A stretch of 64,000 bases of DNA from Candidatus Bathyarchaeota archaeon (GTDB taxonomy: Archaea; Thermoproteota; Bathyarchaeia; TCS64). The notes under the pieces were generated by a model. It was not told where the DNA came from, did no database searches, and saw only the letters and a list, made by a program, of their open reading frames with translations. Of the stretch, positions 29,238 through 37,010 are shown piece by piece (the stretch's first letter is position 1; the number at the start of each line of letters is the position of its first letter). The stretch covers positions 1-64,000 of the forward strand of contig JBDRQD010000046.1 of the NCBI GenBank assembly GCA_043826455.1. Reading direction: 5' to 3'. Position numbers and translations under genes: made by a program.

Positions 29238-30149
29238 TTACGTATCAGCCAGGAGCCTCTCGGCGAACCAGCCCGCGTCGAAGGCCTGGAGGTCCCCGTA
29301 GCCCTGGCCCACCCCCACGTAGATCACCGGCTTGCCGGTGAGGTAGCTGACGCTGAGGCTGCTGCCCCCCTTGGCGTCGGCGTCCACCTTGGTGAGGATG
29401 GCCGCGTCGAAGCTCACGGCCCTGTTGAAGGTCATGGCCTGCTCGGTGGCGTCGTTCCCTATGAGGCTGTCCAGTATCATTATCGTTAGGCTGGGCTGGA
29501 CGACGCGCTTCACCTTCTGCAGCTCGTCCATGAGGTTCCTGTTGGTCTGCATCCTGCCCGCCGTGTCTATGAGCACCACGTCTATTCCCTGGGCCCTGGC
29601 GTGCTGGACGGCGTCGAAGCCCACGGCAGCCGAGTCGGAGCCGTACTTGTGGCGAATTACCCGGACCCCCAGCCTCCTTCCGTGCTCCTCCAGCTGCTCT
29701 ATGGCCCCGGCCCGGTACGTGTCCCCGGAGGCCAGCACCACGGTGTACCCTTTGTCCATGAGGAGCCTGGCCACCTTGGCTATGGTGGTGGTCTTTCCGG
29801 TGCCGTTGATGCCTACGAACATGACGCTGAGAGGCTCACCCCGTTTCCGGTACTCGGAGGCCAACTGGATGAGGTCCACTCCCTGCTGGCCGTTGAGCAC
29901 CGCCGCGATGGACTCCCTGAGGGCCTCCCGGACGAGCCTGGACCTGTCCCCGAACCTGGGTGCCTCAGCGCCCAGAAGCCGCTGCTTCAGCTCCGCGCAC
30001 ACCCTCTCAGCCACCTCCACGGACACGTCGTTCCCTATGAGGTGAAGCTGCAGATCCCACAGCGCCGGGTCCAGGTCCTTCTCGGTGAGCCCAGAGCTGC
30101 TGATCCTTTCTACAATGCCCTTGAGGCCCTGGCGGAGCTTCTCAAACAA
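29238..30149 (-). CDS. ftsY: SRP receptor FtsY
   Basis: GINGTGKTTTIAK, DTYRAGA, DTAGR, TKVD. Confidence 0.97.
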   Translation of the reverse strand: MFEKLRQGLKGIVERISSSGLTEKDLDPALWDLQLHLIGNDVSVEVAERVCAELKQRLLGAEAPRFGDRSRLVREALRESIAAVLNGQQGVDLIQLASEYRKRGEPLSVMFVGINGTGKTTTIAKVARLLMDKGYTVVLASGDTYRAGAIEQLEEHGRRLGVRVIRHKYGSDSAAVGFDAVQHARAQGIDVVLIDTAGRMQTNRNLMDELQKVKRVVQPSLTIMILDSLIGNDATEQAMTFNRAVSFDAAILTKVDADAKGGSSLSVSYLTGKPVIYVGVGQGYGDLQAFDAGWFAERLLADT

Positions 30150-30593
30150 CTACTTTGCACCCTGAATGGCGTTCTGGATCTCCACTGATAACCTTTCCGC
30201 CATTCTGTTGTGGGTCTCCAGCTGGCCCAGGACCTGGCCCATCTGCTCCTGCACGGACTCCTGGGCCTTCTCCATCTCCTGGAGCCTCACGCCTATGTCC
30301 TCCACGGCCTTATCGTACTCCATCTCCACGGAGACGTCGGCGCCGATGCCCACGATGACCTTGCCTATGTCCCCCAGGCTGGCGTTCATGAAGACGCCGC
30401 CTCCCACGGGCACCAGGAGGCTGCTGCCCTGCTCCACGTTCCTCAGTTCCCCCAGGCTGCCCTGGGCGAGACGCAGCTCCGCGATGGTTGCGTTGAGAAT
30501 CTGTAGCCTCTGCTCCAGGACCTGGGCCGTGCCCTCCATCATCCTGATCTCGGATACGAGGCGGCGCAGCTGCTTCTCCTGTTCCTGGGACAC
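30150..30593 (-). CDS. pfdA: Prefoldin alpha subunit
   Basis: LVPVGGGVF...VIVGIGADVSVE between coiled coils. Confidence 0.93.
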   Translation of the reverse strand: MSQEQEKQLRRLVSEIRMMEGTAQVLEQRLQILNATIAELRLAQGSLGELRNVEQGSSLLVPVGGGVFMNASLGDIGKVIVGIGADVSVEMEYDKAVEDIGVRLQEMEKAQESVQEQMGQVLGQLETHNRMAERLSVEIQNAIQGAK

Positions 30594-30599
30594 CTGGGG

Positions 30600-30800
30600 C
30601 TACTCCTCGGGCTTCTCTTCCTCTACGCCGTGGATGGTGATCTGGTGGCGCTTGGCCCTGTGGCGGCTGCCTATGTCGGCGTAGACGTTCTCCAGGGCGT
30701 GCTCCTCCTTGGTGGCGGCCACAACCTTGTCGAAGGTGAGGGGCTCGAAGAAGGTCTTCTTGTTGACCTCACCCCAGACCCTGAACTGTTTGACGCTCAC
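30600..30800 (-). CDS. rplX: 50S ribosomal protein LX (eL20/L18a)
   Basis: MSVKQFRVWG...ALENVYADIGSRHRAKRHQITI; GTG start overlaps the L31e stop. Confidence 0.9.
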   Translation of the reverse strand: MSVKQFRVWGEVNKKTFFEPLTFDKVVAATKEEHALENVYADIGSRHRAKRHQITIHGVEEEKPEE

Positions 30801-31060
30801 TCCGCCGCCTCCGCCATGGTGACTGTGACGACGCCCTCGCCGTCCCGGTTCATCTTGACTCTGATCTTCCTGGGCGGGTGGTATATGCCCCTGGCCCATA
30901 TGGCCTCGTTGACGGTGGGGTCGATGATGATCTCGGTGGGCTTCATGTGGCGCTTGGTGAAGTTCTTGAGCACCGTCATGGCCTTCTCGGCCCTGCGGTA
31001 GCCCGGGGCGATCCATGCCCTTCCCAGAGGGACCGTGTAGACTCTTTCCAGTTCAGACAT
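30797..31060 (-). CDS. rpl31e: 50S ribosomal protein L31e
   Basis: ERVYTVPL, RRAEKA, VNEAIWARG..PPRKIRV. Confidence 0.96.
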   Translation of the reverse strand: MSELERVYTVPLGRAWIAPGYRRAEKAMTVLKNFTKRHMKPTEIIIDPTVNEAIWARGIYHPPRKIRVKMNRDGEGVVTVTMAEAAE

Positions 31061-31071
31061 GCCTCAATCTC

Positions 31072-31230
31072 CTATAATCTGAGCTTCCGGACGCGCCAGT
31101 TGCGCCTGCTCTTGGGGCTCCACCTGACGTCGCCCCTGGTCTTGGCGATGATCCAGGCCGGGACGCTCTTCTTGGACTTCCCCGCCTTGGCGAGGCGTAG
31201 CTTGTATGCGAGGTGTTTGTTCCGTGCCAC
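31072..31230 (-). CDS. rpl39e: 50S ribosomal protein L39e (not in ORF track)
   Basis: Manual translation: MARNKHLAYKLRLAKAGKSKKSVPAWIIAKTRGDVRWSPKSRRNWRVRKLRL. Confidence 0.93.
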   Translation of the reverse strand: MARNKHLAYKLRLAKAGKSKKSVPAWIIAKTRGDVRWSPKSRRNWRVRKLRL

Positions 31231-31232
31231 AT

Positions 31233-31565
31233 TCATACTCTCCTGATGTTTATGTCCCTCTTAGCTACTTGGCTCTGTAACTCAGCCAGCAGCTTCTTTA
31301 ATAAGTCATCGGTGATGGGCAGCGGCACCCTCCCGGTCTGGGCCACCTGGATGAGCTGCAGCTCAACCTGGGCTGCGAAGTCCGGCCGCACCAGCTTCAC
31401 GTTCTGGAGCCTCGCCCTAGCCTCGGGTGTGAGGATCTTGCGCAGCACGGCCTCCTTCTGGGCCTCCGCCTGGGCCTGAGCCGACTGCTCCTGCTGGGCC
31501 CCCCGTGCCTGAAGCTCGGCTATCCTACGCTGCCTAAGCTTCTCAAGTTCCTCATCCGAAGACAT
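31233..31565 (-). CDS. PDCD5-like double-stranded DNA-binding protein
   Basis: ILTPEARARLQNVKLVRP...VELQLIQ. Confidence 0.93.
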   Translation of the reverse strand: MSSDEELEKLRQRRIAELQARGAQQEQSAQAQAEAQKEAVLRKILTPEARARLQNVKLVRPDFAAQVELQLIQVAQTGRVPLPITDDLLKKLLAELQSQVAKRDINIRRV

Positions 31566-31574
31566 CTGAGTTCA

Positions 31575-32030
31575 CTAATAATCCTTGAGCTCTGGACGCT
31601 CCCGGTCCAGGTCACGTTTTATCTGGGTGCTCATGGCGTCCAGCAGGCTGCGGCCCTTCTTGGACACGGCCCTGCCCTTGTTGCTGTCCTTCTGGGCTAG
31701 GCCAGCCTGCTCCAGCTGCTGCATGATGGTTCTGATGATGTTGCCGCCGGCCTTGGCGAAGTGGGCCGGCCTCATGCCCACCCTCTTCCTTCCGCCGTAC
31801 TCCTTCCTGAGCCTGGAGACGCCCACGGGGCCGTTCATGTAGAGCTTCCTGAGGAGGGACGCTGACCTGATGTACCACCAGTCCTGGTTCTGGGGGACCC
31901 TCTCCACGTGGCTCCCCGTCTTGACGTAGCCCGCCCACTCGGGGGGCTGGATCTCCTTGACGTTCTCCTTGATGTAGCCTGACAGCTTCTCTATCAGCAC
32001 GTCCGCCGGTATGTCGTATGCGGTTGTCAT
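31575..32030 (-). CDS. rps19e: 30S ribosomal protein S19e
   Basis: PEWAGYVKTG, WWYIRSASLLRKLY. Confidence 0.97.
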   Translation of the reverse strand: MTTAYDIPADVLIEKLSGYIKENVKEIQPPEWAGYVKTGSHVERVPQNQDWWYIRSASLLRKLYMNGPVGVSRLRKEYGGRKRVGMRPAHFAKAGGNIIRTIMQQLEQAGLAQKDSNKGRAVSKKGRSLLDAMSTQIKRDLDRERPELKDY

Positions 32031-32400
32031 TTTCCTTCTTCCCAGATGCTTGAACCATACAGGGTTCCGGCATATATACCTAGCCTTTTCCTGTAGGTTT
32101 CAGCAACTCATAACCTCAGAATTAAAATAAAAGGGTTTAGGCGCACGGAGGACGGAGGGAGATGCGCCTCGGTGGGTTCAGGGGGCTGGTAGACGCAGCT
32201 GTCTGCAGGTTTTTCGTATTTTTTAGGTGATTTAACGCCTGTGTGATGAATGTGGTTTTTAACACTTTTATGTTAATTTCCGGGGGCCATAACCATCGTC
32301 ATACATCGATATACCAGTAGTTTACCACAGGTTTACGCTCGTTAACAGATTAAAGTGATAAACAAGTATAGATTAATGGTCTGTAAAGAGGATCAAGAAG

Positions 32401-32886
32401 ATGAAGAGACGAAACATCGCCCTGATGGTACTTCTCCTAGCCATGGCCGGGGTGACCTACACCCAGGCCTTCACCCTCACCCCCCTACAACAGGTGGCCG
32501 AATTCTACGAGGCCACGACGACTGAATCTGATAGAGCCATATCCAACTTCAGGTCCAGGCCCCTGGGCAAGAACAAGATACTCATAACCTTCACTCTGAG
32601 CGCAGGGACCCAGGACGCCAACGTGACCGTGCAGCCCATGGATGTAGACGGAAACATACTGACTAGTCAGGGTACCGGGTCACTGATACAGTACAAGGCG
32701 GGAACAGGGAACCTGGTGAGCTGGAGAACTTTCCCCGTAGCAGGCGAGGAGATGTTCTTCTTCTACGAGTACAACAGCACTACAGGCCCAGGCTACCCGG
32801 GGCCGGTGGACATCAGGGTGCTGTTCGCGATACCCAACATCGTGCTGAACTATGAGACCTGCCTGGTAGAGGTAAGGGACTACTGA
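32401..32886 (+). CDS. Secreted beta-rich hypothetical protein
   Basis: Signal peptide MKRRNIALMVLLLAMAG...TQA. Confidence 0.7.
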   Translation: MKRRNIALMVLLLAMAGVTYTQAFTLTPLQQVAEFYEATTTESDRAISNFRSRPLGKNKILITFTLSAGTQDANVTVQPMDVDGNILTSQGTGSLIQYKAGTGNLVSWRTFPVAGEEMFFFYEYNSTTGPGYPGPVDIRVLFAIPNIVLNYETCLVEVRDY

Positions 32887-32897
32887 GAGGACTGGGG

Positions 32898-33596
32898 ATG
32901 AGTGGGCAGAAGCTGTGCGTCTTCGTACAAGGAAGACTCTGCCCATTCCCTACCCAGGAGCTGCCCCTCCAGACGTGCCAAGTGTGCGTGGAGGCTTGGA
33001 AGACCGAGCTCACCATGAAGGCCCAGAGCCAGGCAACTGAGGCTCCCCTCAGGACGTTGACCGTCGCCCACGACGGCTCAGTGGCTGAGGCCCGGGAGAC
33101 CCTGAACAGGCTCAACGAGCTGGACGAGCTCTTCATGGGGGACAACCTGGACCCCATGGACTATGTGAGGCTCAGGAAGGAGCACATAGGCAAGCTGGCA
33201 TCGAACGACAGGCCCAGGCTCGTGCTGGAGGCCCTGGACGGGGAGACCGCGGCTCAGCCAACGCTCAGGGACACCCGACTGGTCCTGGTAGTGAGAAGCT
33301 TCCTGGGCGACAAGACGCACACCTATCCTCAGGGCTGGGACGCGCCTGAGGCCCTCAGCGAGGGAGTCATAGACCAGTTGTTCAAGCTGGCCGAGAGCAA
33401 GAAGGCTGAGGACATCAGGGCGGGGGCCGGGGGATACAGGTTCGCCTGCGTCCGCCACGGCAAGGGCAAATTACTGCTCATGGTGCTGGACGGCGACGAG
33501 GAGTTCGAGACCTACGAGGACGAGATAAGGCGCCTCTCCAAGGTGTTCAAGGGAGAGGGCCACTGGGTCAAGACCCTGAGAGAGATGAGAGGCTAG
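32898..33596 (+). CDS. Hypothetical protein with N-terminal Cys cluster
   Basis: CVFVQGRLCPF...CQVC; coherent codon usage. Confidence 0.7.
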   Translation: MSGQKLCVFVQGRLCPFPTQELPLQTCQVCVEAWKTELTMKAQSQATEAPLRTLTVAHDGSVAEARETLNRLNELDELFMGDNLDPMDYVRLRKEHIGKLASNDRPRLVLEALDGETAAQPTLRDTRLVLVVRSFLGDKTHTYPQGWDAPEALSEGVIDQLFKLAESKKAEDIRAGAGGYRFACVRHGKGKLLLMVLDGDEEFETYEDEIRRLSKVFKGEGHWVKTLREMRG

Positions 33597-34519
33597 CCCT
33601 CCAGGTACCTTTTATCCAGTTTAGCAACCACCGTGTAGAGGGGGTCCACTATCTGGGCAACCCTTGCCTTGGCGGCCTGGCTCAGGAACATGTAAGCGTC
33701 GTCTCTGCTCCACCCGTAGTCAGTCATCCAGTGGATGAGCTCACGGTAGGCCAGGCGGGCCGCGTCCTCCAGGGGCCTAGCGCTGCACACGGCCATGATC
33801 TCTGAGGTGCTCTCTACTCTGGGCCAGGCTATGGTCTTGTGCTCTACGCTGAACCTAAGCTTCACGGTGGCCTCCACCTCGATGGCTGTGCCGCATATCT
33901 CGCCGTCGCCCTGGACGGCGTGTACGTCGCCTAGGCCGAAGAGGGCGCCCCTCTGGGACACGGGCAGGCTGAGTCGGTTCCCCGGCTTTATGTCGGGGCA
34001 GTCCATGTTGCCTCCGTGGGGGCCAGGCGCCAGGGTCTGGATGGCCTCGTGAGCCGGGGAGACGCCTATGGTGCCTATGAAGGGGTCGACGGGAATCTCC
34101 AGGACCTTGCCGTGGTCCGCCTCGTAGAGGACCTTACCGTCCTTGATGGCGCAGACCTTGGTCCTGGGCTCCATGAGGTTCAGCCAGCCTTCCAGTGCCC
34201 CGAAGCCGGGTATGATGCTGGCGGCGCCCCACTGGGGGAGATCGATGCCCAGGAGCTCCACGACAAGGGTGTCACCGGGCTCAGCCCCCTCCACGTATAT
34301 GGGGCCTGTCACCGGGTTCAAGGCGCCCACGAGGCCCTTCTCGGCCGCGTCCTGGAAGCTCTGGGTGGGGGACACAACGCCGCCGTAGGCGTCCCAGGTC
34401 TCCACATCCACAGTCTCCCCGGGCCTGACCCTGGCCACTGACGGGGTGTAGGGGTTGAGGGTGGAGTTATCCTTGGCGGTGAGCTGATCCCTCTCCTTGC
34501 GCTTGATCAGTTTAACCAT
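33593..34519 (-). CDS. Acetamidase/formamidase family protein
   Basis: NPVTGPIYVEGAEPGD, HGGNMD, GDVHAVQGDGE. Confidence 0.92.
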   Translation of the reverse strand: MVKLIKRKERDQLTAKDNSTLNPYTPSVARVRPGETVDVETWDAYGGVVSPTQSFQDAAEKGLVGALNPVTGPIYVEGAEPGDTLVVELLGIDLPQWGAASIIPGFGALEGWLNLMEPRTKVCAIKDGKVLYEADHGKVLEIPVDPFIGTIGVSPAHEAIQTLAPGPHGGNMDCPDIKPGNRLSLPVSQRGALFGLGDVHAVQGDGEICGTAIEVEATVKLRFSVEHKTIAWPRVESTSEIMAVCSARPLEDAARLAYRELIHWMTDYGWSRDDAYMFLSQAAKARVAQIVDPLYTVVAKLDKRYLEG

Positions 34520-34660
34520 ACGACCACGGGTAGCCATGGGTTTCAGAGGGATTAAACGGTTGCCCGCCTGGGCGACGGCAAAAACGGAAAGAATAAAAAT
34601 AGGGGGTGTGGTTGTCATATAGCAGTCCGATAGGACAGACTATCAATAGAGGTGAAAAGT

Positions 34661-34963
34661 ATGGAATACATGTATGCCGCTATGCTCCTACACAGCGCAG
34701 GCAAGAAGATCACAGAGGAAGCCATCACAGGCACGCTCACAGCGGCGGGACTCAAGCCTGAACCCACAAGGGTCAAGGCCCTCGTCGCCGCCCTCTCAGA
34801 CATCAACATCGATGAGGCCCTCAAGGCGCCCGTCTTCACGGCCGGCGCCGCCCCCGCCGCTGCTCCGGCAGCCGCTGAGGAGGAGGCCGCTCCCGCTGAG
34901 GAGCCTGAAGAGGAGAAGAAGGAAGAGGAAGACCTGCAGGGTCTCGGCGCCCTCTTCGGCTAA
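34661..34963 (+). CDS. rpl12: 50S ribosomal protein L12 (P1)
   Basis: [11 protein letters not shown]...acidic tail ending GLGALFG. Confidence 0.97.
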   Translation: MEYMYAAMLLHSAGKKITEEAITGTLTAAGLKPEPTRVKALVAALSDINIDEALKAPVFTAGAAPAAAPAAAEEEAAPAEEPEEEKKEEEDLQGLGALFG

Positions 34964-35108
34964 GTCTCCCCAAGTTTCTTTTAGGTATATCCACCCTATC
35001 CTAGTTTTAGGAGCCTGACCGTATGCAGATACCAACAGATAGCTTACATCTCGTTTATGTGCCTAAGATATCCTTAAATGATTTACAAATGCAACTAAGG
35101 TGGTTTAA

Positions 35109-36887
35109 TTGATTAGTTCTGACAAATTGAAAAAGATGTACTTGGAGTTTTTCCAAAAAAACGGACATAAAGTAATTGCGAACGCATCTCTTATACCAGA
35201 AAACGACCCAACCGCATTATTCATCTCAGCTGGGATGCACCCACTTGTACCATACCTACTGGGTCAACCGCATCCAAGTGGGAAAAAACTCGTAAACGTA
35301 CAGAAATGCCTCAGAACTAGCGACATCGATGAAGTGGGGGATAGTTTCCACCTGAGCTTCTTTGAGATGCTGGGAAACTGGTCTCTCGGAGACTACTTCA
35401 AGGAAGAATCAATTCCGTGGAGCTACGAGTTTCTCACGAGCAAAGAATGGCTCAATATCGATAAAAATAAGCTAAGTGTCACAGTCTTCGAAGGAGACGA
35501 AAAAGCACCAAGAGACACAGAAAGCGCGAAGATATGGGAAGGACTTGGAGTCCCCAAAGATCGAATATTCTATCTGCCTAGAGAGGATAACTGGTGGGGC
35601 CCCATAGGCAGCACTGGGCCATGTGGACCTGACACCGAGATGTTCTATGACACGGGTAAAGAGCCGTGCGGAAGTGAATGTAAGCCTGGTTGCTCCTGCG
35701 GAAAATTCAATGAGATATGGAACAATGTCTTCATGGAGTACAATAGAACCTCAGACGGAGAGTATGAACTGCTTGAACAGAAGAACGTTGACACGGGGAT
35801 GGGGGTTGAGCGAACAGTCGCGGTTTTACAGGGAAAGGATAACGTATATGAGACCGAGATATTCGCTCCCTTAATTGAAAAAATTATAGAACTTGCTGGT
35901 AATGGAGTAATCCCCTATGAAATCCCTGAAAATCAGATTAGAAGCGTCAGAATAATATGTGATCATTCTCGTGCAGCCACTTTTCTTCTAGCCGAAGGAA
36001 TAGTTCCTTTGAATGTGGAGCAAGGATACGTTTTAAGGAGAGTCATTAGAGGAGCTATCAGACACGGAAAACTGATAGGAATAGAAGACGAGTTCCTAAG
36101 CATACTAGCTCAGATCGTAATAGAAACATACTCTGAAGATTACCCTCACCTAAAGTCGAGTGAAGACTTTATCGTAACCGAGCTAGGAGAAGAGTACAAG
36201 AAATTTAACAACACACTGGCAAGGGGTTTAAACAGATTCAATAGAATAGCCAGAAACAATAAAAAAATCGACGGCAAGGACGCGTTCCTACTTTACCAGA
36301 GCTTTGGCTTCCCAATAGAAATAACGAAGGAGCTGGGGAAGGAGAACGGCATCTTCGTTGATGTAGATGGATTTCATGAGGAGTTCGAGAAACATCAAGA
36401 AGTGTCCAGAGCCAGCGCTGACAAAAAGTTTGGGAGCGGTCTAGCTGACACGGCTGACGAGACGGTGAAACTGCACACCGCGACACACTTGCTCAATGAG
36501 GCGTTGAGACGGGTCTTGGGGAAAGATATCACCCAGAAGGGCTCAAACATAACACAGGAGCGTCTACGGTTTGACTTCAACTTCGACAGAAAGCTATCTG
36601 ACGAAGAGATTGAGGAAGTGGAAAAGGTGGTTAACGAGCAGATCAGGAAAGCTCTTCCAGTTAAGAGAATTGAGACTACATTAGACAAAGCAATAAAGAT
36701 GGGGAGTCAGGCGGTGTTCGAGCAGAAATACGGGGAAAAGGTCTCGGTATATTCTGTTGGTGGCTTCTCGACGGAGCTATGCAGCGGCCCACATGTGAAG
36801 AATACGCGTGAGCTTGGACGATTTAAGATAGTTAAGGAAGAAGGTATCTCCGCAGGCGTCCGCAGGATAAGAGCAGTCCTCGAATAA
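35109..36887 (+). CDS. alaS: Alanyl-tRNA synthetase, short bacterial-type (no C-Ala domain)
   Basis: PENDPTALFISAGMHPL, FEMLGNWS, DTGMGVER, editing HTATH and ELCSGPHV, ends GVRRIRAVLE. Confidence 0.95.
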   Translation: MISSDKLKKMYLEFFQKNGHKVIANASLIPENDPTALFISAGMHPLVPYLLGQPHPSGKKLVNVQKCLRTSDIDEVGDSFHLSFFEMLGNWSLGDYFKEESIPWSYEFLTSKEWLNIDKNKLSVTVFEGDEKAPRDTESAKIWEGLGVPKDRIFYLPREDNWWGPIGSTGPCGPDTEMFYDTGKEPCGSECKPGCSCGKFNEIWNNVFMEYNRTSDGEYELLEQKNVDTGMGVERTVAVLQGKDNVYETEIFAPLIEKIIELAGNGVIPYEIPENQIRSVRIICDHSRAATFLLAEGIVPLNVEQGYVLRRVIRGAIRHGKLIGIEDEFLSILAQIVIETYSEDYPHLKSSEDFIVTELGEEYKKFNNTLARGLNRFNRIARNNKKIDGKDAFLLYQSFGFPIEITKELGKENGIFVDVDGFHEEFEKHQEVSRASADKKFGSGLADTADETVKLHTATHLLNEALRRVLGKDITQKGSNITQERLRFDFNFDRKLSDEEIEEVEKVVNEQIRKALPVKRIETTLDKAIKMGSQAVFEQKYGEKVSVYSVGGFSTELCSGPHVKNTRELGRFKIVKEEGISAGVRRIRAVLE

Positions 36888-37010
36888 CTGGGCTCCAACC
36901 CAACTCCACCGGGATATTTGTTTCGAAACCAAAAATAGGCAACCGTTTTTACTCATAACCTTTATTCTAGCAGCGTCCAAGAATCACATTGGTTAGAGGA
37001 TAGAGCGCAT

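Noticed and set aside
32100..32400. ncRNA upstream of rps19e
   Set aside because: Only two short hairpins (aggcgca/tgcgcct; gtagac/gtctgc); no recognisable RNA family.
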